Shown: positions 1 through 10,407 of the stretch, in pieces
Layout: the number at the start of each line of letters is the position of its first letter
Position numbering within the stretch: the stretch's first letter is position 1
Assembly: GCA_963733195.1 (NCBI GenBank)
Contig: CAVTCR010000024.1
Span: 1-64,000, forward strand
Source: an uncultured delta proteobacterium
Lineage (GTDB): Bacteria; Desulfobacterota; Binatia; Bin18
Direction of reading: 5' to 3'
DNA length: 64,000 nucleotides
The notes under the pieces: model-generated
Databases searched by the model: none
Told to the model about the DNA's origin: nothing
The model's input: only the letters and a program-made list of their open reading frames with translations
Made by a program: the position numbers and the translations under genes

Positions 1-6
1 AACAAG

Positions 7-150
7 TGAGTTTACTGCCACCTAACCGGCAGTATATCCTGATAAGCGACAGGTCCCACCAACCAATAAAATTCCCCGTACTATCCACGAGTCCCGTTCA
101 TTTTGTCAAGACTTTCTTCATCAACAAAGGCCGCCAGTTTGGCGGTATAT
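7..150 (-). repeat. Dispersed ~140-bp repeat, copy 1, carrying a TTGACA-N18-GATAGT promoter-like motif on the minus strand
   Basis: Aligns with 7152-7295 and 39323-39445 (GAG[T/G]TTACTG[C/T]CACCT...TATATC...TGTCAAG); TGTCAA at 104-109, ACTATC at 80-85. Confidence 0.75.
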
Positions 151-215
151 CCCGATATCAGCCCGCGGTATATCTCGTCCCGCCTCACTGGCGGTATATC
201 CCGATATCAGCCCGC
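140..215. repeat. 27-bp direct repeat TGGCGGTATATCCCGATATCAGCCCGC, two copies
   Basis: Identical copies at 140-166 and 189-215; related motif at 28-44. Confidence 0.8.
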
Positions 216-221
216 AGGTTT

Positions 222-257
222 GTAGCCTGGATGGAGCGAAGCAAAATCCAGGACAAG
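222..257. repeat. GTAG-type REP-like element
   Basis: GTAGCCTGGATGGAGCGAAGCAAAATCCAGG, with CCTGGAT/ATCCAGG arms. Confidence 0.6.
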
Positions 258-289
258 ACTGATTTTGTGCGCCAACCTTCCTTTCTTGC

Positions 290-706
290 TTATCGGGTTG
301 GCATCTTGGGAAATTTGGACAAGGTCGGATCCATGTGATCCCACGGCTGGGCACTGTCGGTATAAATGTCTCGGGCTGGGCGCACCCAGCTGGGATCATC
401 AAGACTCGCCGCATAGAGCACGATGATCGAGGGGCGCGCGGAGTTGGTTAAGAACACTGGTGAGCCACATTGGGCGCAGAACGCCCGCCGCATTGCACTA
501 CCACTATCCGCTTGTTTTTCATACCACGTGGGAGCACCGCTGAGTTGGCGGAAGGCGGTCGTGGAGAAACCAACAGCAGCAAAGTAGGCGCTGCCGGTCG
601 CGCGCTGACAATCACGGCAATGGCAGTTCCCCATGTAGAGGGGTTCCGCGGTGCACTCATAGCGAATGGCGCCACAGGCACAGCCGCCAGTAAAGGGAGC
701 AGCCAT
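290..706 (-). CDS. GFA (CENP-V) family Zn-binding protein
   Basis: MAAPFTGGCACGAIRY, CHCRDCQR and RAFCAQCGSP motifs; RBS-like AGGAGG upstream of ATG 706. Confidence 0.9.
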   Translation of the reverse strand: MAAPFTGGCACGAIRYECTAEPLYMGNCHCRDCQRATGSAYFAAVGFSTTAFRQLSGAPTWYEKQADSGSAMRRAFCAQCGSPVFLTNSARPSIIVLYAASLDDPSWVRPARDIYTDSAQPWDHMDPTLSKFPKMPTR

Positions 707-872
707 ATGAGACCTCCTGTGTAAGATGATATGAGAGGTAACGGATTCCGTAGGGAAAGAGAAGAGGTAAGAACAACGAACAACCGTTGAGACTGTAGTT
801 GACTGACGAATAGCTTCTCCTTTACAGCGCACGTTAAACTGTTCTACACTGCGGGCAAAGGAGGGACCGACG

Positions 873-1508
873 ATGGCAACACAATCAACTGGTGGCTTGT
901 TGGCAGTGTGGACAGACATCGCGCCTGAGGCCGAGGCCGAGTTCAACGAGTGGTACAATAAGGAGCATATTCCCCAGCTGCTTGGTGTTCCCGGATTTCT
1001 CACTGGCCGTCGCTATCAGGCGGTCGAGGGTAAACCACAATACCTGGCCCTGTATGAGTTAACGGACGCCAGCGTGCTCAAGAGCGATGCCTTTCGTCAG
1101 GTACGGGAGATGCCGACGGAGTGGACGAAAAAGATGCGGCCGCTGTTTCGCAATACCACGGTGGCAGCCTATCAGCAGATCTTTGCCCATGGCACGAAGC
1201 CTGCACAGCCTGCTGAGTTTGTTCTCTCAGTGCGCTTAAACACTCCTAGTGACAAAGAGAAAGAGTTTAACGATTGGTACAACATCGATCATGTCCCGGC
1301 GCTGGTCGGCGTCCCAGGAGTGTACTGCGCAGCGCGGTATCTCTCGGTCGATAGCGATCCCAAGTATCTGGCCGTGTACGAGATGAATGATGCGGGCATT
1401 CCAAAGACACCGGCATGGGATACGGCGCGTAATTCCGAGTGGACTGGACGCATACGTCCGTATCTGAAGGATCTGCGTACGGTGATCGGTCGACGTATCT
1501 TTCCGTAG
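873..1508 (+). CDS. Tandem dimeric alpha-beta barrel protein (DUF4286/EthD-like)
   Basis: Two internal repeats EFNEWYNxEH(I/V)P..L.VPG...RY....KYLA.YE. Confidence 0.75.
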   Translation: MATQSTGGLLAVWTDIAPEAEAEFNEWYNKEHIPQLLGVPGFLTGRRYQAVEGKPQYLALYELTDASVLKSDAFRQVREMPTEWTKKMRPLFRNTTVAAYQQIFAHGTKPAQPAEFVLSVRLNTPSDKEKEFNDWYNIDHVPALVGVPGVYCAARYLSVDSDPKYLAVYEMNDAGIPKTPAWDTARNSEWTGRIRPYLKDLRTVIGRRIFP

Positions 1509-1538
1509 GCCTCTCAAATAAGGAAGGAGAGTAACTCG

Positions 1539-3215
1539 ATGTCATACGATCTATTGATTAAGAACGGGACCGTAGTTGATGGCCTCGGCACTCCACGTTA
1601 CCGGGCGGATGTGGCTGTGGCCAACGGAAAAATTGCTGCGATTGGCAAAATCACTGATGGTGCCAACACAGACCATTGATGCGTCGGATTTGATTGTCGC
1701 GCCAGGCTTCGTTGATCCCCATACGCACTACGATGCGCAGATTTGTTGGGACCCTTTGCTGTCGTCTTCCTCCTGGCATGGGGTCACATCAGTCATTATG
1801 GGGAACTGTGGTGTTGGTCTCGCGCCGTGTAAACCGAACGTGCGGGACATCGCTGCCTGGGATTTGGTGAACGTCGAAGCGATTCCGTTCGACGTGCTCA
1901 GTCGCGGTATCAACTGGGAGTGGGAGACGTTTCCTGAGTATCTCCAAGCCGCACAGAAACGCGGCTCGGGTATCAATCTGGGATTCATGGCGCCACTCAC
2001 ACCATTTCGGCACTACGTCATGGGTGAAGAGTCGATGGAACGCGCAGCCACTGCCACCGAGACAGCGCAGATCAAGGCCTTGTTACAGGAAGCGGTGAGG
2101 GCAGGGGCCTTTGGGTTCACCACTACGGCGATTCCGCAACACATTGGCTACAAGGGCCGACCGTTGGCGTGCCGCCAAGCCAGCCGCGAGGAATTAAAGG
2201 CGTATGCGAACGCGCTCAAAGAACTCGGCAAGGGGACGATCGAATTAGCGCTCACCGCTACGGCGGCTGAACTCTCAGAGGAAGAATATGCACTGCTCGA
2301 TTTCTTACTCACAGAGAGTGGCCGGCCAGTGACTTGGCTGGGCGTGGTCAGTCGTGATGATAAACCTGGATGCTGGTCCAGAGCTTTTGCGTAAGGCTGA
2401 GCCACTGATTAAACGCGGCGGGATTCCGCAAGTCACCTGTCGCCCCTTTGTCATTCAAATTAATTTGCGTAACCCGTTCATCTTCGCCAATCATCCCTCG
2501 TGGAACCCGGTGTTCAATCGCAGCCCAGAAGAGCAGATGCAGGTCTATCGTGATCCCAGCCTTCCGCCAAGCGTTCCGTAAAGAACTAGAAAAGCCGCGC
2601 ATCTTTTCTGGCCGCTGGGAGCGACTGGAAGTGAAAGAAGTGAGCAATCCAGCCATGAAAGCGTTAGAAGGCAAGACCGTCGCCGAAATTGCGCAAGCGC
2701 GGGGCAAGGATGGCCTCGACACTTTCTTGGATCTTGGACTCGAAGATGACCTCAAGATCGAGTACACCATCGTGCTCTTCAATGCCAATGATGATCTCAT
2801 TCCTGAGTTGATTACCGATCCACGGACCTTCATTGGTCTTTCTGACGGCGGTGCACACGTTGATATGCTGTGCGATGCTGGTTACTGCACCTACCTACTG
2901 GGCACCTGGGTGCGTGAGAAAGAAGTCATGAGTCTGGAGTATGCCGTGCAGCGACTCACTTCTGAGCCAGCCGATTTTTTCGGTCTACGAGATCGTGGAC
3001 GGTTAGCCGTGGGCACGGCTGCTGACATTGTCGTGTTTGACTACAACACTGTGGGATCAGGCAGGCGACCGGAGATGCGCTACGATCTTCCTGGCAATGG
3101 ACGCCGCTTGGTGATGCCAGCGCATGGGATCCAGAGCACGATTGTCAACGGTGTCGTGCTCTACGACCAGCAGAAACACACCGGAGCACTGCCAGGGCAG
3201 GTGCTACGGTCGTAG
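1539..3215 (+). CDS. N-acyl-D-amino-acid deacylase-like amidohydrolase (frameshifted in this sequence)
   Basis: MSYDLLIKNGTVV start, PGFVDPHTHYDAQ, GNCGVG, SDGGAHV and RGRLAVGTAADIVVFD; split over frames at ~1580, ~1660, ~2370 and ~2560. Confidence 0.85.
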
Positions 3216-3401
3216 TAGTGTGTCCAGATGGTTTTGAGAGGAGCAGAGCGACGAAGCAATCTCGTCAACTGGGAGTTCCCCGTAGAGATTGCTTCGCGAA
3301 GTTTATCCTGAGTCCCCATAGCGCGCGGCGCTAAGCGTGGAGGCAGAAACTGGATGACTCTTGCTCTGGGTCTCGCGCTGCTCGCCCGGAATGACGGGCA
3401 T

Positions 3402-4935
3402 GTGTGCGTTCACGGGGTCGGACTGCTAGGGCAGTGCTAGTCAACCTGGCTGAGGAATCAAGGCTGGGGGAACCGCAGTCTGGAAATAGGCGCGACAACA
3501 GGCGGTGAGATAGGCAAAGGCATTTTGCTGATGTTGCTGGCAGGTGGCGAAGACGGTGAGGATGCTCTCCACAAAGCGACTGCCGCGCTCACTCTGCCGT
3601 GCCATAACTGGTCTTACGCCATTGCACGGGATGGCGAAGCACGCGCTCAGCCACATTATTTGTCTCAGGGATATCGGGCATCCGCACGAACGTCCATAAG
3701 CGCCCGCTCTTTGGCTAAGAGCTCGCGACAGGTCGCCGCCGTTTTCTGACACCGCACTCGCGTCCCCCACTGCAACTCTAGCCGAAATGACCGGCGTAAG
3801 CCGCCCATCTGTTGTTGCCACGTGCTACGACTCCATTTGCCCTCACGCAACCAGCGGCGCCAGGCAAAGAGCACGTTGGCATGTTCGAGCAAGTGTTCGC
3901 CGACTTTCCGGCCCGGGCCGCCGCGATCAATCATCGCTTGCGCGTCTCTACGCAAATGTGACCAGCACAGTTGCCGTTGCCGCGGTGGATAACAGTCATA
4001 CGCTTTCGCGCGATCACTGCCGATCGTCCCCGTGTAATCCTTTCCTAACAACTCGTGCAGGACTTTGGCGCCACGCGAGCGGCGAATCGCATACACACTG
4101 GCCTGCGGCGTCACCACGGTCCAGAGCTGCACCCGGCGATGCTGTTCCCGCCATCGGGTCTCATCCACATTCGTATCGCTCCACTGGATCGAGTCCCGAA
4201 CCTCGTCAACCGGTTCTTGCACTGCTCGCCTCACGACCTGTTCTAAGGCGCAGACTTCGCCAGCGAGAGCGGGATCCCCCATACTTCGCGACTGAAATGG
4301 GCGATCATCCGCTTGCTCATTCGATAGGCTCCGCTACAGAGCGCGACGATACTGGTGAAACGCGGCCCATAGCCCGTCGTTGGGATGCCTTTGGGTAATG
4401 CTCCACAGGTGGTGATGCCACAGTGAGCACACGACCAGCCGGTGTTGTTGATATTCGGTCACGTGGGGCAGCGGCGGGGGGAGTTCCACCACTTGATGGC
4501 GATGGGGCTGCGGATCGTCTCCCGTGCAACGCTTGTCCACACCGCCGACAGTGCGTCGGCGTACAGACAATCACGTCATTGACCTGCTCCACCGGCACTA
4601 ACGTGCGGTGATGCGCGGGATGGCCTGGTTGTCCACCCCGTCTCCGGCCTGAGGATGGACGTGGCGGTTTGCGCTTGACGTGAGGCCCATCACTCGACGG
4701 CGGCTGCGAGGAGTTTTGCGAATTCTGGTTGCGTTGCGCTTTCAGCTCCGCCACTTCGGCTTCGAGCTTGCGCAATCCGTGCGTCATAGCGATCGAATAC
4801 TTCCCACAGCACGGCTTGCACATGTAGCGGAATCTGCTCCCATAACTCGATCGGAATTGGTGGCGTGCGTTCCATCTGCGCGCTCTCTTACCCCACTTCT
4901 AGCAGTCTACGCAAGTCTGACTGGTGAACGCACAC
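3402..4935 (-). mobile_element. IS66-family element, single-ORF (ISBst12-like)
   Basis: Terminal IRs GTGTGCGTTCAC (3402) and GTGAACGCACAC (to 4935); 8-bp target duplication ACGGGCAT at 3394-3401 and 4936-4943. Confidence 0.9.
3441..4875 (-). CDS. IS66 transposase (frameshifted)
   Basis: QNSQNSSQPPSSD, GGQPGH, CxxC Zn finger, NVDETRW, SDRAKAY and QLCWSHLRRD motifs across frames. Confidence 0.85.
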
Positions 4936-5189
4936 ACGGGCATGATGTCTGCGTCATTCCAGCGAAAGCTTGGAATCCAGGGGCAGTGGTGCGGAGCATT
5001 TTGTTTCTGAGCAGCATAGCGAGGCGGAGTCGAAGCGCTTGCAATGACCGTATCGAACCACATGGGATTGGCCGTCCCTGACAAAAATCCCCCGCGTTGC
5101 GCGCGGTCCCCTTCGTAAAAAGGGGCTGTTGAGCCCCTTTCTTTGCAGGAGAAGGGCAGGGAGGATTTCACAGTATGTGCTACACTGTA

Positions 5190-5255
5190 CGGTTGCTGCT
5201 CCCGTAGCCACCGGGCTACCGCTGGCCCCGTACACTCATCGACTAGAAAGCGCAT
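5190..5255 (-). pseudogene. Truncated DUF5615 PIN-like toxin
   Basis: MRFLVDECTGPAVARWLREQ, then similarity is lost; directly follows the DUF433 gene. Confidence 0.65.
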
Positions 5256-5504
5256 CTACGCAGACTCGACTGTCAGCGGCATGAATGTGGTGTTTTCTAA
5301 CGCCTTGGTAGCAAACAGCAAACATGCCTGAATATCTTCCTGCGTCAGCCCTTCGTATTCTTCGAGAATTTCGGTCACCGTCGTCCCGTGTGCCAGGAGA
5401 TTTAGGATATATTCAACTGTTAATCGAGTGCCTTCGATAACCGGTTTTCCCACCACGACTTTAGGATCAATAGTCACGCGCTTCAGGAGCTGTTCGTCTT
5501 TCAT
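5256..5504 (-). CDS. DUF433 family antitoxin
   Basis: RVTIDPKVVVGKPVIEGTRLTVEYILNLLAHG...EILEEY..LT.EDIQAC. Confidence 0.9.
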   Translation of the reverse strand: MKDEQLLKRVTIDPKVVVGKPVIEGTRLTVEYILNLLAHGTTVTEILEEYEGLTQEDIQACLLFATKALENTTFMPLTVESA

Positions 5505-5749
5505 TGTTTGTATGCCTCTCCTTCATTGCACCATAGCCTTCAGAAAATCTACCGCCAAGAGGTATTGCTCTTGGCCTAATTGCGAACCTTTAAGCAGGGG
5601 CTAACGGTCCCGATCACTATTTGCCGCCCAAACCAAAACCTTTCACGTTCATCCTGAACCGCAAGCGGGTGGCGGTCACGTGGACGGCTTCGTTAGACAG
5701 CAGAGATCTGAGTGGCGGGGAACACTTCTCTTTTTGTCTCCTCCTTCAC

Positions 5750-7099
5750 TTACTGTTTTCTTTGCTGGGCCAACACCCGACTCCGCAAGGGCTCTTCCTG
5801 CAACGCCGACATCGGCCGTAGGAGTTGAAACACCTCTGTCACCAGCCGTTGCACCGCGGGATCCTCTCGTTGCAGCTGATCGACCGCCGCGAAGTAGCGT
5901 GCCCCCTGTTCCACGCCCGGCGGCCGTTCGCCTCGGGTCTGCGGATAGGCAAAATCGAAACCAGCGGCAAGCGACCAGGGAGTGCTGTTGATTTCTGCCA
6001 CCTTAGGAAAAAACGACAGGGCAATGCCATCGAGGCCGCGGGACTGTGCCGCGCGTTCGGACAATATTTGCTGCAGCACTCTCGCCTGTAAGGCCGCCGC
6101 GCTCATCCCTTGCGCGTAGATCGGATTGAAGCTGCAAACTGCGTCGCCCAGGATCAGGAACCCTTCCGGAAAGGACGCCATCCGCTCATAGTGACGCTGC
6201 ACGCTGGTCGGAAACCGGTAATGGTTGATCTGCGTCAACTGCTCCGCTTCGCCGATGAGCTCATAGATAAAAGGGGAATGGAACTCCTTCGCGAAGGTGA
6301 AGAACCCAGCCTGGTCAGTCGGGGGATAGTCGCCGAAGCGGCCGATGAGGCTCACCAGCAAGGTCTCGTGCTCGATCGTGATCAGGTAGCCGCGCCGGGT
6401 GAAGTGTGGCGCTGGACCCGTCACGAAGATGAGCGGTTCACCAGCGTAGGACTTGGGCTTGCGGAAGTGCGCGGTGCTGTAGGCGGTGTCCACGCCGATG
6501 GTGGTTTCATCGGGCCGCGAAAATCCCATGGCCTCAAGCCATTGCGGAGCACGAGAGCCACGCCCTCCGGCATCCACCACCAACTCCGCTGCGAACGAGC
6601 GTGAGCCGCTGCAGCGCACGCCCTGGACGTGTCCGCCGCTGTGCGCCAGCTCGTGCACCGTGATGCCAGTCTCGAGCTTCACATTCGGCAGTGCCAGGGT
6701 CAGCCGTCGGACCAGGAATTCGATGAGCCCCCGGCTCGCGCAATGCGCTTCAAACCCGAGATCGAGCGGCTCTCGCAACGACCCGGTCGGATTGTAGGCT
6801 TTCCCGTCGGGCAGGTACCAGACGATATCCCGGCCGACGATGGCCCGCGTGGCACCAAGCGTGCGTAATTCTCCGGTAAAGCCGGGATAGAGCGACGACA
6901 GCACCTGCTGTCCACCTTGCAACAGCCCGTGCAGATGATTCCCCTGCGGAATCGACTTGTGAATGACAGGACGGTCTTCAATCTCATCGCGCTCGAGCAC
7001 CGTGACGTGGTCGAAGTAATCAGCGAGCACTCGCGCGGTCATCAGTCCCGCTAGGCTGCCGCCGATGACGACTGCATGTTGACCGAGGGGATTCCCCAT
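5750..7099 (-). CDS. FAD-dependent oxidoreductase/monooxygenase
   Basis: GGSLAGL Rossmann motif, VVDAGGRGS and GDAVCSFNPIYAQGMS. Confidence 0.85.
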   Translation of the reverse strand: MGNPLGQHAVVIGGSLAGLMTARVLADYFDHVTVLERDEIEDRPVIHKSIPQGNHLHGLLQGGQQVLSSLYPGFTGELRTLGATRAIVGRDIVWYLPDGKAYNPTGSLREPLDLGFEAHCASRGLIEFLVRRLTLALPNVKLETGITVHELAHSGGHVQGVRCSGSRSFAAELVVDAGGRGSRAPQWLEAMGFSRPDETTIGVDTAYSTAHFRKPKSYAGEPLIFVTGPAPHFTRRGYLITIEHETLLVSLIGRFGDYPPTDQAGFFTFAKEFHSPFIYELIGEAEQLTQINHYRFPTSVQRHYERMASFPEGFLILGDAVCSFNPIYAQGMSAAALQARVLQQILSERAAQSRGLDGIALSFFPKVAEINSTPWSLAAGFDFAYPQTRGERPPGVEQGARYFAAVDQLQREDPAVQRLVTEVFQLLRPMSALQEEPLRSRVLAQQRKQ

Positions 7100-7151
7100 A
7101 AATCCCTCCTTCAACGAAGATTTTCAGTGGACTCAGTGTGACGGCTAACTA

Positions 7152-7295
7152 CTGAGTTTACTGTCACCTCACCGGCACTATATCCCGATATTGAGACTTT
7201 CCCACCACTCAAGAAAATCTTCCGTAGTATCTGCTCGTTCCACGCATTGTGTCAAGACTTTCTTCTCTCGCGAACGCTGACAGTTTAACCGTCAA
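7152..7295 (-). repeat. Dispersed promoter-bearing repeat, copy 2
   Basis: TTGACA (7255-7250)-N18-GATACT on the minus strand, pointing into the gene that starts at 7099. Confidence 0.75.
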
Positions 7296-7480
7296 TCTAT
7301 GGGCTCAATACTTGCTGCTCTCCCTCGTGACCGAGATATCCAAAACAGTACCTTGATTTGCTGTTGTGGGGGGCCAACTGGTAATCATCCGTGCAGGACA
7401 GATGCCGCTTGCGAAGCATGTCCGAGAGTCTATAGTTTCTTCTACTACTGACCGGTGAGGGCAACGACGGAAAGGACACT

Positions 7481-8617
7481 ATGCAGAGTGAAAAACTGAG
7501 CCCAGTGGTGGACGCTGACGGCCACGTCTTAGAGCCCGCTGATACGTGGGTGAAATATATCGATCCGCAGTTCCGCGACCGTGCCCTGCGCATTGCGCGC
7601 GATGAGCGGGGCTATGAAGTGCTGTTATTTGATAACAAACCGATGGAAAAGCTCCGCGGGTTGTTAGGGATGCTTGGTGGGATTGGCATGGACACCAAGC
7701 CATTGCAGAGTCGCGGGAAGAAGACCTACGCCGAGGGGAGTCCTCTGGGTTCCTTTGATCCACGTGCGCGTTTACAGGTGATGGATCAGGAGAGCATCGA
7801 CATTGCGCTGCTCTATCCGACCCTCGGCATCTGCTGGGAAGGAGCGGTGCAGGATGCCACCCTCGCCCTGGCTTACACCCGCGCCTACAATCGTTGGCTA
7901 GTCGATTTCTGTCGTGAGAACCCCAAACGTTTAGTGCCGATCGCTCACATTTCGTTACTTGACCCTGACGGAGCAGTAGAAGAAACGATCCGGGCACGAA
8001 AAGATGGTTGTCGCGGCGTATTTCTATCGCCCGATCTACCGGCGCGCGGTGGCAAGCAGTTGAACGATCCTTCCTACACGCGCTTTTGGGAAACTGTCCA
8101 GGACCTGGAAATGCCAGTAGCGTTTCATGTGATCGTGCGCGATCAGCCGACATTTCGTGAATGGGAGCTGCGCCGCGATAGTTTCGGCCTGTTCGGGTTC
8201 GCGTTCTTCGCCATTGACGTCATGGCGGCCTTCACGCAGATGATTGCCGCGGGGATGTTCGAGCAGTTTCCACGCCTGAAGTGTGCCGTACTTGAAGCTG
8301 GGGCCAACTGGATTTCAGCCTGGTTAGATCGCCTCGATCATAAATACGAAGTCGTTGGTCCCTACACGCCCCTCAAGCTGAAGCCGAGTGAGTATTTCTT
8401 TCGTCAGTGTCTGATTTCTGCCGACCCCGATGAATCGCTGACAGCGAAGATCATCGAACATCTCGGAGAGGACTATTTCATCTGGGCCTCGGATTATCCC
8501 CATATCGATGCTTCATTTGATGTGGTCCACACTCTTCGTGAGCGTCTGGCAGGGCTTCCGCTCACCACTCAACGTAAAGTGCTAGGAGAGAATGCGGTCC
8601 GCTTCTATAACTTGTGA
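7481..8617 (+). CDS. Amidohydrolase-2 family protein
   Basis: VVDADGHVLEP, YPT, AYNRW, FHV, LEAG and WASDYPH motifs. Confidence 0.9.
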   Translation: MQSEKLSPVVDADGHVLEPADTWVKYIDPQFRDRALRIARDERGYEVLLFDNKPMEKLRGLLGMLGGIGMDTKPLQSRGKKTYAEGSPLGSFDPRARLQVMDQESIDIALLYPTLGICWEGAVQDATLALAYTRAYNRWLVDFCRENPKRLVPIAHISLLDPDGAVEETIRARKDGCRGVFLSPDLPARGGKQLNDPSYTRFWETVQDLEMPVAFHVIVRDQPTFREWELRRDSFGLFGFAFFAIDVMAAFTQMIAAGMFEQFPRLKCAVLEAGANWISAWLDRLDHKYEVVGPYTPLKLKPSEYFFRQCLISADPDESLTAKIIEHLGEDYFIWASDYPHIDASFDVVHTLRERLAGLPLTTQRKVLGENAVRFYNL

Positions 8618-8682
8618 TGCCGACAGCAAGATACAGAGGAAAAGCAATGAGAACCCTCTAGTAAGGAAAGGAGATTTACACG

Positions 8683-9162
8683 ATGGATGCTGCAGAACTC
8701 GAAAAACATATCACCGTCCTCCAAGACATTGAGGCGATCAAGAAGCTTAAAGCCGAATACTGTGATATTTGCGATGACGATCACAACCAGGATCGGATTG
8801 TGACAATTTTTACCGACGATGGTATTTGGGAAGGGAAGGGGGTAGGGCACGCAAAGGGGCATGCAGAAATTCGCAAGCTATTCAAAAGCTTCGCCGAGCG
8901 GATCAGCTTCTCACAGCACAATGTCTTCAATCCACGTATCGAGGTGAACGGCAATGCGGCGCACGCAAGCTGGTATTTCCTGGGGCCGTTCACCTTTCGC
9001 AAAGACACTCGTCAGCTGTGGATAGCGGCCCGCTACGAAGACGACTATGTCAAAATTAACGGCACGTGGAAATTCAAACACCTGCGGGCATTCGGCCGGA
9101 TGGCTGCGCCGTACGAAGAGGGGTGGGCCTCAAAAACCAAAGTGGACGTGTTTTCGAATTAA
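8683..9162 (+). CDS. SnoaL/NTF2-like protein (LinA/BaiE-like)
   Basis: DIEAIKKLKAEY, FTDDGIW, H..FNP.I, and YEDDYVK..G.WKF. Confidence 0.85.
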   Translation: MDAAELEKHITVLQDIEAIKKLKAEYCDICDDDHNQDRIVTIFTDDGIWEGKGVGHAKGHAEIRKLFKSFAERISFSQHNVFNPRIEVNGNAAHASWYFLGPFTFRKDTRQLWIAARYEDDYVKINGTWKFKHLRAFGRMAAPYEEGWASKTKVDVFSN

Positions 9163-9216
9163 CTCTGAGCCCGGTTACTAGTGGTCTGCCACGCTGATGT
9201 TGAGGAGTTCAGGTCC

Positions 9217-9312
9217 GTCATGCCAGCGAAGGCTGGCATCCAGGGAGATTCAGCACTGACCTCTGATTCTGCCTCCTGGATTCCGGGTCTCGCGTTGCTC
9301 GCCCGGAATGAC
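9217..9312. repeat. REP-like palindromic element (GTCAT..C.GCGAA.GC..G.ATCCAG family)
   Basis: GTCATGCCAGCGAAGGCTGGCATCCAG...CTGGATTCCGGG...CCCGGAATGAC; related copies at 3349-3395, 4953-4980 and ~23960-23990. Confidence 0.7.
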
Positions 9313-9403
9313 GTACCCGCCGTTTACCCTTCATCTTTACTGTGGTGGTCTACTAGGGGTATGACACCTTTGGGTGTCAGACCCCTGCTCAGATTGTGAT
9401 GCG

Positions 9404-10261
9404 TTACCGACCAGGGAACTTCGGCGTACGCTTCTCCACAAAATGCGCCACGCCTTCTTTGAAGTCTTCACTGCCTAAGCTTTCGACCACATCCGGGATC
9501 GATGCATGCAGCGCTGCCCCAAAGTCTAGATTTTGCGCCCGGAAGAGTTGCTGCTTCATCACTCGCATCGAGCGTGGTGAGACCATTGTCGCCAGTTCGA
9601 GGGCATAGGCGCGGACTTCTGCCATAAACGACTCATGGGCAAACACTTTGTTGACCAACCCCATCTGCAGCGCTTCTTCCGCCGTGATTTTGCGGGCCGA
9701 TAAGAGCAGGTCAATCGCATTTGGCAGGCCAACAAGACGGGGCAGAATCCAATCGATCCCATGTTCCGCTACCAGCCCGCGCCGCGCAAAGGCCGTAGTA
9801 AAGACGGCCGCCTGCGAAGCAAAGCGCAGATCAGCGTACAAGGACACAACCAGCCCGATCCCCGCTGTTGGACCGTTCAACGCCGCAATAATGGGCTTGG
9901 GCACGGTAGGGAAATAGGCATGGCGATAGGAGAACGCTTGGGGCAGCTCCAGGCCGCCTTTGATCGGGCCTGATGCATACGCTTCCGCCTGCGTTGCGGC
10001 TAAGCGTTCAGTAAGGGAACTGTTCTTCGCCGTTCGTTGGCTAGCCTGATCGAGCCCGGACATATCAGCGCCAGAGCAGAAGCCTCGCCCCGCCCCAGTC
10101 AGGATAATCACTCGCACCGCCTCATCGGCCGTGGCCTCGGTCATCGCTGCGCGGACTTCTCGCTCCATCACCGGTGTCCACGCGTTTAAGCGTTCTGGTC
10201 GATTCAGCGTCACCGTCGCAATTCGGTCCTGCACCTCATACACAATCTGTTCGTAAGCCAT
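9404..10261 (-). CDS. Enoyl-CoA hydratase/isomerase (crotonase)
   Basis: TLNRPERLNA, GAGRGFCSGAD, KPIIAALNG and DFKEGVAHFVEKR.P.F. Confidence 0.9.
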   Translation of the reverse strand: MAYEQIVYEVQDRIATVTLNRPERLNAWTPVMEREVRAAMTEATADEAVRVIILTGAGRGFCSGADMSGLDQASQRTAKNSSLTERLAATQAEAYASGPIKGGLELPQAFSYRHAYFPTVPKPIIAALNGPTAGIGLVVSLYADLRFASQAAVFTTAFARRGLVAEHGIDWILPRLVGLPNAIDLLLSARKITAEEALQMGLVNKVFAHESFMAEVRAYALELATMVSPRSMRVMKQQLFRAQNLDFGAALHASIPDVVESLGSEDFKEGVAHFVEKRTPKFPGR

Positions 10262-10306
10262 AACTTTTTCTTTTCATAACGAAACAGCGGAAGTAACTCC
10301 GCCTTG

Positions 10307-10379
10307 TCATTGCGAGCGCAGCGAAGCAATCTCATTTTTGGATGGAGATTGCTTCGTCGCTCATGCTCCTCGCAATGAT
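10307..10379. repeat. REP-like element (GTCATTGCGAG...GAAGCAATCTC/GAGATTGCTTC...CTCGCAATGA)
   Basis: Nested inverted repeats; related copy at ~3240-3300. Confidence 0.75.
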
Positions 10380-10407
10380 AGATAATCCCCACTTTAACTG
10401 TCATTTC

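Noticed and set aside
140-215. 27-bp direct repeats as a mini-CRISPR
   Set aside because: Only two copies, the spacer is itself repeat-derived, and there are no cas genes.
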